Numbered from the stretch's first letter, positions 1-12,420 are shown. The stretch is 64,000 nt of DNA from Haliotis rubra (GCF_003918875.1 NW_025767085.1:682001-746000); one strand, 5' to 3'. Program-made: numbers and translations. Notes: generated by a model not told the origin, from the letters alone.

Positions 1-156
1 CGTGATGCTTTGAAAGAGTTCTGAATACAATGATGAAAAAGAAACACAACAAACCAAAGAGTGTTTAACGATACATGTACATTATTCATGTCCATGGCTT
101 TACATATACATATCAAGTCATTTCACAAGTCACATATCACACGTCAATACACATTT

Positions 157-1081
157 TCAGTTGGGCAATGATCCACAAGCTAACAAATAGGAAGCCATGT
201 CCCTCTCGCACATCATGTATTCAAGTCCAAGCTGGTAAATCTGATTGTTCACTCGTGTAACGCGTCGACGTTTAGCCTGTTGATGTCCACCTTCAAGTTG
301 GAGAAGACGTGTTTGTTTGTGTTCTTGTTTGAAGAGTAGGATCAATTAATACAGGTTCTGGTGTGGTTTCAATGACCGTTTACTCACAGTAGCAGATTAA
401 CTCTTTGTTTTGACAACTAATAAGTTGTCCCACACTGGCCCCCACGTTCACACCTTCTTAACGAGTTGTCCGGGAGTGGCCCCTCATTTTGGGTGTTACG
501 TAACAGACAGAGGGGCCACTCTGGGAATACACCAGGACTGATGTTGTTACTGAAGAACCTTGGACACAAACTAGAGATGGCCGCCGATTCATGTTGTTTA
601 CAGATGATGATGAAGACAGGATGGTGGTCTTCTCTACAGATGAACAGCTTGCTGCCCTCCAGTCTGCTGATGCCATTTATATGGATAGGACGTTTTCTTC
701 AGCTCCACTTCTCTAGAACCAGCTATACATACTTCATGCCAAACTTGGATCAGTTATGTAGCCATTGGTGTATGCTCTACTACCGGATCGTCAATGAAGC
801 ACATTTTGTTGATTCTTCAGCAAGCTAAAACATCGGTGAAAGAAATCCTTCATCGACAGCTATCTCGACAGATTTTGAAAAAACTGCCATTCAAACAGTT
901 GAACTTGAAGAGGCCACTCCCGGGCAACTCGTTAAGAAGGTGTGAACGTGGGGGCCAGTGTGTGACAACTTATTAGTTGTCAAAACAAAGAGTTAATCAG
1001 CTACTGTGAGTAAACGGTCATTGAAACCACACCAGAACCTGTATTAATTGATCCTACTCTTCAAACAAGAACACAAACAAA
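157..1081. mobile_element. Decayed MULE (Mutator-like) transposase remnant rearranged into a foldback
   Basis: + strand DDEDRMVVFSTDEQLAALQSADAIYMDRTFSSAP and KPHQNLY*LILLFKQE; - strand C-terminal LLQLEGG...KRRR...YLLACG resembling 59897-60136; arms 312-481 and 912-1081 are inverted copies. Confidence 0.75.
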
Positions 1082-1082
1082 A

Positions 1083-1490
1083 TAGAGTCAGTGATGTTTA
1101 TACATGCAATGAGATGTTTATAGAGTCAATGATTTTTATAGAGTCAGTGATGTTTATACATGCAATGAGATGTTTATAGAGTCAATGATTTTTATAGAGT
1201 CAGTGATGTTTATAGAGTCAATGAGGTGTTTAAGATTCATGAGATGTTTATAGAGTAAATGATTTTTATAGAGTCAGTGGTGTTAATAGAGGCAATGAGA
1301 TGTTTAAGAGTCAATTAGATGTTTATAGAGTCAATGATGTTTATAGTCAGTGATGTTTATAGAGTGAATGATTTTTATAGAGTCAATGAGCTGTTTATAG
1401 AGTCAATGAGATGTTTATAGAGTCAATGATTTTTATAGTCAGTGATGTTTATAGAGTCAATGAGGTGTTTAAGAGTCAATGATATGTTTG
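1083..1490. repeat. Minisatellite, about 20-22-bp unit (TTTATAGAGTCAATGAGATG)
   Basis: Visible tandem degenerate copies. Confidence 0.9.
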
Positions 1491-1494
1491 GAAA

Positions 1495-1576
1495 ACTGAC
1501 CACCCGATCCCGTTAGTCGCCTCTTACGACAAGTATGGGTTACTGAAGATTCATTCTAACCCGGATCTTCACGGGT
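1495..1576 (-). mobile_element. SINE family A fragment (Nin-domain-like)
   Basis: CCACCCGATCCCGTTAGTCGCCTCTTACGACAAG matches the full copies at 31031, 32404 and 46652. Confidence 0.85.
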
Positions 1577-1659
1577 TTGTCCATGATGACTGGTCGTATG
1601 TTCATACACCAACCCTGTCTCGAATGTCAGTGATGTACCATAATCCACTCAGAGTTTGT

Positions 1660-1995
1660 CTGTCAGGTCAAGTTTGCAGTCACGTGAGATGCTCACCCTA
1701 ACAGCGAACGCCCGAAGAAATGGTACTTGCTCCAAGATTTCATTTGCGCCAAACACAAGAGCATCGGTCGTGAACGAAAGAAATCGATCTTCTACCAGTG
1801 GTCACTTCCTCATGGTCTCAAATTCCGGTGACGTCGAGTGTGACACCAGGTTGGTCGTGTTGCTTTGTGTTTCGAGGATAACAACGGACGTCTGACAGGT
1901 CGTCTGGTTCTATAATCGACCGATTTTGGGCGATTTGGAACCATTTGGTGGACAACAACAATGTGGAAGCCGCTCTGCTTTTAACACGCCATTTG
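1660..1995 (-). mobile_element. Tc1/mariner transposase N-terminal remnant
   Basis: Minus strand contains TTNLVSHSTSP and EDRFLSFTTDA segments typical of decayed Tc1 HTH regions; highly degraded. Confidence 0.4.
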
Positions 1996-4239
1996 ACATG
2001 AGATATTCAAGTATTTTGACTCTGAAAAGGGCTGTATCCTGCCTAGGAGTTGTCACGTGTGCATGACATGAACGCTGACGTCATTAACGTCATTAGTTTG
2101 CTGATGTTTTCTGGCCAATCCTCTTATGATGACAACCAACATCTAGTGTAAGAGCCCTCAATGACATGCCAGCATTCTGCATACCAATAACTTGCCATCG
2201 TGGCGCATTTGTCAGTTGAAGAGGCTCCAATATGCTTATCAACAACGACATCAATTGATTTTCCAAGTTTTCGAGTGACGAACAAAGACCATATATCCAC
2301 CATTTCGGACCACTTCGAGGCTCGCCCATATCACAACGTTCTTTGGAACAGCAGCAAACGAATTCACCTGCAATGAGGCCTACCGCCAGATCAGGAATGG
2401 AGTAGAAACCATTCACATCAACAGATTCCAACCATCGATTATCAGAGACCATTATTCTCATTTCTGCAACACAGTCATTAATCACTTCCTTGTTAATTCT
2501 GCATTGTGTACACATTAATCCTTATTGTGTAAACATCCATCTCTGAGTTTGTAATCAGCTATGTACATCATTAAAGTAACTTTACCCATGCATATAGATG
2601 CTTTACCCACAGTACTGTACATTACTTTACACATAAACCTTCAATGCCTCAGGTATTTTTTCTAATCATAACCGGCCATCTAGGACGCATATACTTCAAA
2701 GTAACCAACATATACTAATCTAAATCACCAACACAGCCTAACCAAAAACAATAGCAACCAATACACCCCGTACTTCGTTCCCTTCCACCACTTCTGGCAC
2801 ATTTCAAAATTCCCGTCATTCATTTAATGATTAAGTATCGCACACACCTCTAAATGTCTCTCAAGAATCCTTGTAGGCGTCTGCATAAACGTTTGTAAAA
2901 TATGAAATCTTCAGAAATTGCTGTTACGTCATTTGGATTCATACCCTAAACAAAAGTAATTCAGTTCACAGCAAATCCTAGCATAAGGGGACGCCAAGGT
3001 GCAGTTTTAGAAGGTGTAGATGTAACCACTGGATTCAAGTGAACAACTACATGATGCTTTGCCAATTTCTGAAAGTCAAACAAAACGAAATCTTGCCATG
3101 AGACCAGTCACACGTGACATACTCCTCACAGTCACCAAATATATCCCCGACCGTATGGTAGCTGTTCATAGCCTTAATCTTAATCTCTTGACGTCTGAAG
3201 AACAAGGGCATGTCAGAACACTCAACTCAACTTTCTCTTGTACCACCAAACGTGGTTATCTGAGAATAACCTGAACTGAACTGCAGAGCCGAGAAAAGAA
3301 ATGTTAGAATTGGCAGCCGTAGTAGAATCTCTTTAGGACAAGTGCTTTATACGGCAATACCTTGGTATATTTATCATCTCATCCTTGTGTATGAGGCGCA
3401 CACGTCCTGACTGTAATGTCGTTCTTGCAGTTACCGCAATTCATTAAGAAAGAGACAAGAGGCCAAAATGAAAAATTATACAAATTATTTTTAAAAAGTG
3501 CATAATGGGACAGGAATCAGGGGACACGCCATCAATAGCAAGTGTGACCACTCTGGGCATCCGTACACGTGAACACACATCTCCTTATTGACGTCGCCAG
3601 TCGGCGTAAGCAGGAGACCTGTTAAATAAGCCCAAGAGAGTCTGTTCATGTTCCTCTCGGTTCGCTGGAAGTGGTCCACGCTGTCTCAGCTGACGATCAC
3701 GATGAGATGTTTAATGGGGTTTATGTCTGGAGAACGTACTTGCCAAGACAATGCGTTGGCGTTAACGCTGTGCATGTATTCTCGAACAATTCATATAAGT
3801 CCCATTTCGTTCAAAGTATGTTAAAACTTTATATCTGTCATCGTTTTAATGGCAGAATATTTGTTCTTTTAGTGACAGGCTAAAATTCCAAACACTTGAA
3901 GGGATGGTGTAAATCCAACTGGGGTCAATGCAGGAAGCAAAAGTATTGTAAGTCCCCATGGTCCCTGGTATGGTGTTTCTACCTTCGGTTGTTGGCGCTC
4001 AGTAGCCTGTTTTATTTTGTATTGTTTTCTGTAGTAATAGATTTTATTACAACATACTAGTTTTAGCCCAAATATGTGATATTCTTGTATTTTTACTGTC
4101 CTTCGACGACAGGTTTATATAATATAGATTTATTCTGGTTTAATGTATAAATTGTTCTCGTCACGATATGGCTGAAATACTGCTGATGTGACGTTCAATA
4201 TTAAGTCACTCACACACCCGAACAATTTGAGTTGTTCTA

Positions 4240-5000
4240 CAAAATGGCTCCTCTTGGATCGAATATAGGGCACCACAAAAGGTCTCAACACTTCATCCTT
4301 GTATCGCTGGGCATTCAGATTCCCTCTGATGATAACCACTTTTGTTGTTTCTGGCCACAAATGACGCCGCATTCCATGACAATTCCCCCATCGAACAGAA
4401 AACCCTCTTGAACTCTCCTCTACGTCGAAAAACTTGAACTCTGCCATCGTTTCTGAACGGATTGAACCGAATTTCAAATGCGCTCTCTCCCAGTAACGTC
4501 GCTGCCATCGACGTACAATTCGTGCCCATAGCAGTCTGCGTTGATTGTGTGGATGGGTCAAGGCCATTTCTCGGAATACCAGCCATACCAACTCGTCCAA
4601 GGACTGTTCGTCTGCTGATGGTGTGTCTTTGTGCTGTCGCTGCCTTTGACGTCGCCGTCACCGTCACGAATCTGTTCCGGAGCTGGATCTGCCGGACGTA
4701 GCGGTCTTCGGCAGGTGCCATGACTCTTGGTCTTCCAGATCTTGGGCGGTCTTGGGTCTGGCATGTTAGTGTTAGCGGTTTATCAATTTGCTGGTGGTGG
4801 CTTGGCTGCAGTTGAAGGTTCTTGCCAACCCCCATATTGGTCATACCGATCGTGCTCGCAGCGCTTGCGTGGCATATTCGTGGTATCATGCACATGCATT
4901 CGGACAATGTCCCACAATTACGTTTTTATTGTTTTGAAAAATGCATGATTCGCACGAAGTTTTCGGACAGCAGCGTTGTTATCGGGACCATGTTGGGTTC
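4240..5000 (-). mobile_element. Decayed Tc1/mariner element
   Basis: DRPRSGRPRVMAPAEDRYVRQIQLRNRF; IIRGNLNAQRYKDEVLRPFVVPY; frameshifted. Confidence 0.85.
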
Positions 5001-5299
5001 TGGAATGTTTCCTGCTTGGGTTCAAACCTGTACCAGCGTTTTGGGGGGTTATACAATTACTTCAAAAGTGGAAACTTTATTTTGCTTGGTAGCTTATGAT
5101 TAGTTATTCTCACTGTATGACTCAAATATTACCAATGTAATGCATGTGTTTCCCTTTTAATCATTATTATGAATGCATGAATCGAACGTGCTGAAGTAGG
5201 GGTTAAGCAAAGTATCTAAACGGAACGTGAACAGTGCTACACGATTTCTCTTCCTTCTGGACGCCACTGATCGTCCCACTCCCCATCTCTCACCGATAA

Positions 5300-5545
5300 C
5301 GCACGTTGCCAACGTCTCAATCTCCATCTTTTACACATAACCCACGTTGTCAACGTCCCACCCTCTATCTTTTTCCCATAACCCATGTTGCCAACGTCCC
5401 ATACCCCCTCTTGCACCTGGGCCCCACTTTTTCAACGTCCCACTCTGCATCATTTACCTGGGCCGCACTTTTTCAACGTCCAAACTCTCCATCATTTACC
5501 TGGCCCCACTTTTTCAACGTCCCACTCTCCATCATTTACTTTTAA
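5300..5545. repeat. C-rich degenerate minisatellite (about 40-45 bp)
   Basis: Repeats of TTTTTCAACGTCCCACTCTCCATCATTTACCTGG. Confidence 0.75.
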
Positions 5546-5865
5546 CTCACGTTAATATCCATCTATTGCCGATAGTATTCCACTCTCTCTCTCTCTCGCC
5601 AATGGAGACGCCATTACCGAACTGCCAGTCTCGTGACTGAGTATTTGAGGTCAGATCTCAACTTTCCACTGATTGTTAAAAACAATTTGCAATAAATCTT
5701 CAATGCTGGTTAATCACACGTTATCCCTTAGTTTTCCACCTGCATGGTCCAAATAATACGTTACAATATCAGAGATGTCAGATGCAAGAAAACTAAGACC
5801 ACCTTGATGTGTATTATTGATAGGCTGAAAAAGGCATAATGAGTTGTAAATTGGTCCACGATATA

Positions 5866-7043
5866 TACTGAAAGCCATTAAAAACGCAATTGGTATTTGT
5901 TGTCCTGAAACTTACAAAAGTTCTATTGAAGATGTTTTCCTGCGATACAGAGGATGTAGGAATAAAAGGCTGTTATTCTGGCCCATTTCGAGTTCGAGTC
6001 CCGGAGCATTCCTCTCACATGAACTTTGATACTTAAAACTGAACATTGACATTTCTCGTAAACACAACCACATTCATGAAACACGTTGTGCACATGCATT
6101 ACCTGCACCCAGGCCCTGTAAAAGCACAAGGAATTGTGGAACTCAATCACTTTGAGAAAATGCCACACTTGACACAAGACGAAAGGAATCAGGTTATCGG
6201 TATGGTCAGCCAAGGTGCTTCAGATGATGGCCAGGAACTTTAATGTGCATCCATCCACTGTAAGTCGACTCAGACAACGTTTTCGGGCTACCGGAAGTGT
6301 TGCTGATCGTCCGCGATCTGGTGCACCACCTGTGATAACAGCTCGACAAAACCACAATATCCGAGTTTCACACTTGCGAAATCGGTTCCAAACATCTGAT
6401 GATGAGGCAAGGAGGACAATTGGGACAAGTCAACGTCATTTCAGCGCCCAAAAGGTGCAAGGACGCCTTGCTGCCTTCAACATCCGGTGTCGTCACCCGT
6501 ACCGTGGTCCAACCTTATTGCATCGCCACAGACTTGCCAGACAGCGACGGGCAGCAAATGGGGCCAATCTTGGCAACAGGACATGGCCAGATGTCATTTT
6601 TTCAGATGAATCCAGGTTTAACTTATCCTTTGCAGATGGACGTCAACAGATTTATCGACGTAAAGGAGAAAGACTTGCGCCAAACTGTGTCCTTGAACAT
6701 GATCGTTTTGGAGGGGGTGGTGTCATGATCAGACCACAGACCATCAGAGGCTGCAGACCATCCAACAGCTGTTCCTGAGAAATGTGTGTCTTTCAATGCC
6801 CCAAAGACTGCGAGCATGTCTTGCAGCGCACGGTGGACACACACGACATTGACTGCAAGTGACCCCTCCTTTGTGTGATGTCGTTGTTGCGTCACTGCTG
6901 TTGTTGTTGACTGGATATTTTCAGATGAAATTATTCCCAGATGTTCACTTAAAACATATCTGCCTGTTAGGTTTATATATGTTGAAATTAGTGTGAGTAA
7001 AGAAAGTATGAATGTCAAATTGCATTTTTAATGGCTTTCAGTA
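5866..7043 (+). mobile_element. Tc1/mariner element with TIRs; internally deleted, frameshifted transposase (6160-6778)
   Basis: TIR TACTGAAAGCCATTAAAAA / TTTTTAATGGCTTTCAGTA with TA flanks; ARNFNVHPSTVSRLRQRF, DRPRSGAP, VIFSDESRF, FGGGGVM. Confidence 0.92.
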
Positions 7044-7049
7044 TATTTC

Positions 7050-7208
7050 TTTTTATTCATGAAGGTATTGAATTTAAAAACTGACATAAGATAAATTGTG
7101 TGCAACTATTTTATTCTATTGTAACAAGGGTTGTAATTGACTCCCAGCGACTTCCTCCGAAGGTTGAAGAAATTGTTATTGCGTTAAGCATCTGTGATGA
7201 GACATCAT
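7050..7208 (-). other. Gene A putative non-coding 3' UTR exon
   Basis: tttgattttcag| acceptor at 7209; AATAAA on the minus strand near 7110 and 7052. Confidence 0.5.
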
Positions 7209-7609
7209 CTGAAAATCAAAATTATACGACAGATTAGCATCAGTGTTAACAGGAGGGCACTGTATTTTGACTGAAATGCGATTAAATAAATGGGCACTGA
7301 ATCCAATGTTGTGAGTAGTTCATCATACTTGGAACCAATGTCGTGTCAGTTGGAATGTAAGATTAGAAAAAAATCTGGGGCTCATTAAAGGTTCGATTAA
7401 ACGTCGATGACATAAGATTAAAATTACATGTTACACCACATACCATAAACTTGCTGCATATCAAATTTCATAATTTCACATTCGATGAGATATGTATTCC
7501 TCAAATATGACACTTTCAAAATGTCCACAGTGGCAGTGGCGTAAAACTGAACTCACCCACTACAATTATGTTAACACTACCGTGACAAGCATTCTGATAC
7601 TTACCTTGG

Positions 7610-7743
7610 CTATCCTTGACAGCAGGTATACCGACCATCAAGTGTTGGGTCCAGTAGACTGACACAGTCGTCGGTCAACACACCACTACCGCATAGAGTT
7701 GCCACTAAGTCGTTACGGACGCATCGTTGAACACAAGGGGTCA
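7610..7743 (-). CDS. Gene A last coding exon: six-Cys C-terminal module
   Basis: cttcattttcag|; LTPCVQRCVRNDLVATLCGSGVLTDDCVSLLDPTLDGRYTCCQG-TAG, followed 5 nt later by AAG|GTAAGT. Confidence 0.75.
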
Positions 7744-7810
7744 CTGAAAATGAAGATTAACAACCACGAGTAAACATTTGGTTCTCTGACTGTAGTTATA
7801 CCAGTTTACC

Positions 7811-8146
7811 TCTCAGACGAAACACGCACTATGTTAGATACATCTCAGACGAAGCACGCTCTATGTTAGATACGTCTAGACGAAACACGCTCTATGTTAG
7901 ATACATCTCAGACGACACAAACTATATGTTAGATACCTCTCAGACGAAACACGCTCCATGTTAGATACATCTCAGACGAAACACGCACTATGTTAGATAC
8001 GTCTCAGACGAAACACGCACTATGTTATATACATCTCAGACGAAACACGCTCTATGTTAGATACATCTCAGACGAAACACACTCTATGTTATATACATCT
8101 CAGACGAAACACGCTCTATGTTAGATACGTTTCAGACGAAACACGC
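7811..8146. repeat. 32-bp minisatellite (about 10 copies) in a gene A intron
   Basis: CTCAGACGAAACACGCTCTATGTTAGATACAT tandem. Confidence 0.92.
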
Positions 8147-8281
8147 AGGATATGTAATTACCTCCGACGTGATGTATGACCGACACAACTTTACCCGGCC
8201 AATGTTCCAGACAATACCAACGATCAAACAAAAGCTTATAACGCACAGAATAGGTGGTACGATGCGGAAGTATGTTCTTAC

Positions 8282-8413
8282 GGAACGTTGGATCAGCGAT
8301 CTCTGGTCCTTGAAGTGCAGTTTGTGTTGTTGTAGGGGTTGTTGTAGGAGTCGTTGTAGGCGTCGTTGTAGGCGTCGTTGTAGGTGAGGCCGCTGGAGGG
8401 ACAATGCAATGAC
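8282..8413 (-). CDS. Gene A second coding exon: (PTTT)5 mucin-like stalk
   Basis: HCIVPPAASPTTTPTTTPTTTPTTTPTTTQTALQGPEIADPTF|gtaag; phase-compatible if the CCAAG acceptor is used (a TAG acceptor lies 5 nt upstream). Confidence 0.72.
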
Positions 8414-8949
8414 CTTGGCTATAAGTTTAGGTATTTACAAATACACAACTGTACGGGTACAGTAAACGTTTACAAAGTTTCACGCAATCATATATATATT
8501 ATGAAATATGGATTCATGTTTCAGTTTCAGCCTAAATTGTTGCATAGATATATGACGTGTGACGCCTATATTTCCGTTTGCGTAAATACTTGTAAATTTA
8601 GAAGTTGTACATTAAATGTAATCAAAAATTGAAGTTAATCTACACATGAAACACATTAATTAATAAATAAAAACCTAGTTGGAAACGTACAAATAACCAC
8701 ATCATGATGCAAATATATTTCAGTATTGGAATACTTATTATAAATATATTTAGTTTTAGCTATAAATTTGGCAAAATAGCCATTATGATGAACTAAAGTA
8801 ATCAGGCAAGATTATTCCTATATTATGTACAGAAAACCTGACAGTGTGTTTATGACCTTGCTTTGGTTTGGATTCCTTACAAAATGGCTGACTTCATGGT
8901 TTCTTTGATCTTTACTAACGCTCAACAACCAGTCGTATCTGTGTCTGTG

Positions 8950-9240
8950 TCACTGAATGAATTAATGAACGAATAACTCACTTGTAACAAAGCACGAAGC
9001 AGTCAGTTCTGCTATGGAATTTGTGTCATTGAATGAATGAATGAATGAATCAATGAATGATCGAATGAATTAATGAATGAATGAACCACTCAGTTGTAAC
9101 AAAGCACGAAGCGGTCTGTTCTGCAATGGGATATGTGTCATTGAATGAATGAATGAATGAATGAATGAATGAATGAATGAATGAATGAACCACTCACTTG
9201 TAACAAAGCACGAAGCAGCCTGTTGTGCGATGGGGCACAC
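8950..9240. repeat. Triplicated exon-end/donor segment interleaved with (TGAA)n microsatellite
   Basis: ACTCA(C/G)TTGTAACAAAGCACGAAGC at about 8976, 9087 and 9192. Confidence 0.85.
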
Positions 9241-9539
9241 GATCTGATGTGCCCAGGCGGTGATGGATGAACAGTGTTGGGTATAGAAGTCGGTGATGTT
9301 CGAACACTGGAAGCCTAGAACCGTCTCACTGCAAAAGCCGTATTTCGACACAGCGTCTTTACTGTTAAAGGAAAGCCTTCTCTCACTGAACACCAGTTAC
9401 ATGACGAACAGTTGCCAATGGCGCTGACAGCATCGCAGATGTTGTTGATATCGTCGTTTGTGAGGGCTTGTGAGGCGGATAGGGTAATGGACAACATCAC
9501 CAGGAATGTACAAGTCATCACCATCGTGGTCGTCGTCAT
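9198..9539 (-). CDS. Gene A first coding exon: signal peptide and Cys-rich region, with an apparent 1-nt frameshift
   Basis: Acceptor aattacag| lies 9 nt upstream of the ATG. MTTTTMVMTCTFLVMLSITLSASQA-LTNDDINNICDAVSAIGNCSSCN runs to a stop at 9315, while a second frame LVFSERR...GFCSETVLGFQC...IVCPIAQQAASCFVT continues to an A|GTGAGT donor at 9197. Confidence 0.7.
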
Positions 9540-9997
9540 ATTGGTTAGCTGTAATTACATAAAGTACACTACCATTATGACGAACACACTTACAACATAT
9601 TGACGAATATAAGGAAGTGCTCTTTTGTCCGCGCCACTTGCCGTATAGTTTAGTTGAAATGCGTATAACGAACTACTGTTATAACGAACTAGGTGTCGCT
9701 TTGAGTTATAAGATATAATTATAGTAGACTGCTGTATACGTAAATATTATTGACGAATATACTTTGAAGAAATCTCAAATACAAGCATCAGAGATCAGTG
9801 ATTATATAAAGGATAGAAAACATTCACGATTATCCGGTAACCCTCGTTGTCTGATGTACCGCAATTCGATGTCCAGAGACTAATGGCTGAATTAGGTTTT
9901 AATTCACAGAGACGTGCGTATTGATTCTTGATTGACAGGCGCCATAACCGTGAGCTCGTAAGTTTCATTAAGAAGGTCGAAAACTTCTACAAGTTGC

Positions 9998-10083
9998 GTG
10001 TGAAGCCCATTTTTGGTGTCCCCGCCGTGATATTGCTGGAATATTGCTAAAAGCGGCGTAAAACTATACTCACTCACTCACTC
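9998..10083 (+). mobile_element. SINE family B 3' fragment
   Basis: GGTGTCCCCGCCGTGATATTGCTGGAATATTGCTAAAAGCGGCGTAAAAC...(ACTC)n tail. Confidence 0.85.
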
Positions 10084-10861
10084 TACAAGTTGTATCGTAC
10101 TTCCACACGAAGCTAAAAATTCGTGATATCCATGACACACAGATTCAAACGGCGATAAACCCAAATCACTCACTCACTTACTCACAGCCCTAGAAGTTAT
10201 CCCCATCCTTCCATTGAGATGAGCATTCAGTGCGTTCAGTTATTTTAAAATTTAAACAAAGAAAGATTTGCTCACAAGAAATTTCTGAAAAAACCTTTAA
10301 CAACCCGGCAACTTATTTCCCTTGGAATGTACGAATTTGATCGGTCTAGTGGCTTCATACCGATCTAGGTCAACTTGCCATTGGGCATTTGAAAATACAG
10401 TATGCAAGGCAGGTCTAGACGAACACCACATGTCAGTGTTAGAGCTACCTCGGTACATCTCAAATTCATATCACACTTCCCAGTCATGCACTCAGTTGTA
10501 TTATTCACACAAGCCATGCACGGCTGTAGCGTTAATCGGTGAATATTGCGTTACAGTGAGGAATACTACAAAGCAAGGAGAAATTGAATAATTCAGATCA
10601 GACCAACTGGTCGAGGAATGCTAGAAAGCGCATCATTTCAAGACAAATATCGGTAACTTGAGCATACTGGCATTGTCGTACACGACCCTTTTTCTCTATA
10701 CGTTCGTAGCCCTAAGAATTCTTAACTTTGATCGTAGCAAATGTGTTAAGAATGGGCTTAAGAAGTTCGTAGGTCTACGAACGTTTCGAGAATAGCTAAC
10801 TGTCACGTACTCTCGTCCAATTCGTGAAAATTCCTGCTGCAGTACCCCGGCTAAGTCGATA

Positions 10862-11263
10862 TGATAATGAACTATGAACACCTGATAATGAACTATGAAC
10901 ACCTGATAATGAACTATGAACACCTGATAATGAACTATGAACACCTGATAATGAACTATGAACACCTGATAATGAACTATGAACACCTGATAATGAACTA
11001 TGAACACCTGATAATGAACTATAAACACCTGATAATTAACTATAAACACCTGATAATGAACTATGAACACCTGATAATGAACTATGAACACCTGATAATG
11101 AACTATGAACACCTGATAATGAACTATGAACACCTGATAATGAACTATGAACACCTGATAATGAACTATGAACACCTGATAATTAACTATGAACACCTGA
11201 TAATGAACTATGAACACCTGATAATTAACTATAAACACCTGATAATGAACTATAAACACCTGA
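10862..11263. repeat. 21-bp minisatellite (about 19 near-perfect copies)
   Basis: TGATAATGAACTATGAACACC tandem; produces spurious repeat ORFs on both strands. Confidence 0.97.
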
Positions 11264-11411
11264 CTGTGTATTGGTTCCCGGGAGTTAACAGAAGCGTCCA
11301 AAAAGAACGAAGGAATCAGGACTCTCCGAAACTAGCGTCGTTGTCTCCTTTTTGATAATATTTGCCTATCTCCACATACAAATAATGACGAAGAGCCTCA
11401 GTGTTCAGCCG

Positions 11412-12420
11412 CATTTGAGCTTTAGCATAACTGCGATGTTAAATATACACTAGACACATTTGAGCATTAGCATAATTATGATGTTAAAAATACAGACACA
11501 TTTGAGCTTTTATTGGCATAATTGTGATGTTAAATATGCAGACATAAAGCTTTAGAATAATTGTGATGCTAACTATACAGACACATTTGAGCTTTAGCAT
11601 AATTGTGATGTCACACATACAGACACATTTGAGCTTTAGCATAATTGTGATGCTATATATACAGTAGACACATTTGAGCTTTAGCTTAATTGTGATGTTA
11701 ACTATACAGTAGACACATGTGAATTTTAGCATAATTGTGATGTTAAATATACAGACACATTTGAGCTTTAGCATAATTGTGATGTTAACTATACAGTAGA
11801 CACATGTGAACTTTAGCATAATTGTGATGTTAAATATACAGTAGACACATTTGAGCTTTAGCATAATTGTGATGTTAAATATACAGTAGACACATTTGAG
11901 CTTTAGCATAATTGTGATGTTAAATATACAGTAGACACATTTGAGCTTTAGCTTAATTGTGATGTTAAATATACACACACATCTGAGCTTTAGCATAATT
12001 GTGATGTTAAATATACAGTAGACACATCTGAGCTTTAGCATAATTGTGATGTTAAATATACAGTAGACACATTTGAGCTTTAGCATAATTGTGATGTTAA
12101 ATATACAGTAGACACATTTGAGCTTTAGCATAATTGTGATGTTAAATATACAGTAGACACATTTGAGCTTTAGCATAATTGTGATGTTAAATATACAGTA
12201 GACACATCTGAGCTTTAGCATAATTGTGATGTTAAATATACAGTGTACACATTTGAGCTTTAGCTTAATTGTGATGTTAAATATACAGACACATTTGAGC
12301 TTTAGCATAATTGTGATGTTAGATATACAGTAGACACATGTGAGCTTTAGCATAATTGTGATGTTAAATATACAGTAGACACATTTGAGCTTTAGCATAA
12401 TTGTGATGTTAGATATACAG
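11412..12420. repeat. 45/42-bp minisatellite (about 22 copies)
   Basis: CACATTTGAGCTTTAGCATAATTGTGATGTTAAATATACAGTAGA tandem. Confidence 0.97.

Noticed and set aside
2093-2515. 140-aa ORF
   Set aside because: No recognisable motifs or splice context; probably a decayed repeat.
8132-8404. Gln/Arg-rich (LQRRLQRR) and Cys/Arg-rich (CRRRCRRR) ORFs
   Set aside because: Alternative frames and strand of the PTTT-encoding exon of gene A.
10696-12398. Long ORFs of 164, 201 and 304 aa with 7-aa and 15-aa repeats
   Set aside because: By-products of 21-bp and 45-bp minisatellites; near-identical DNA units with no non-repetitive coding flanks.
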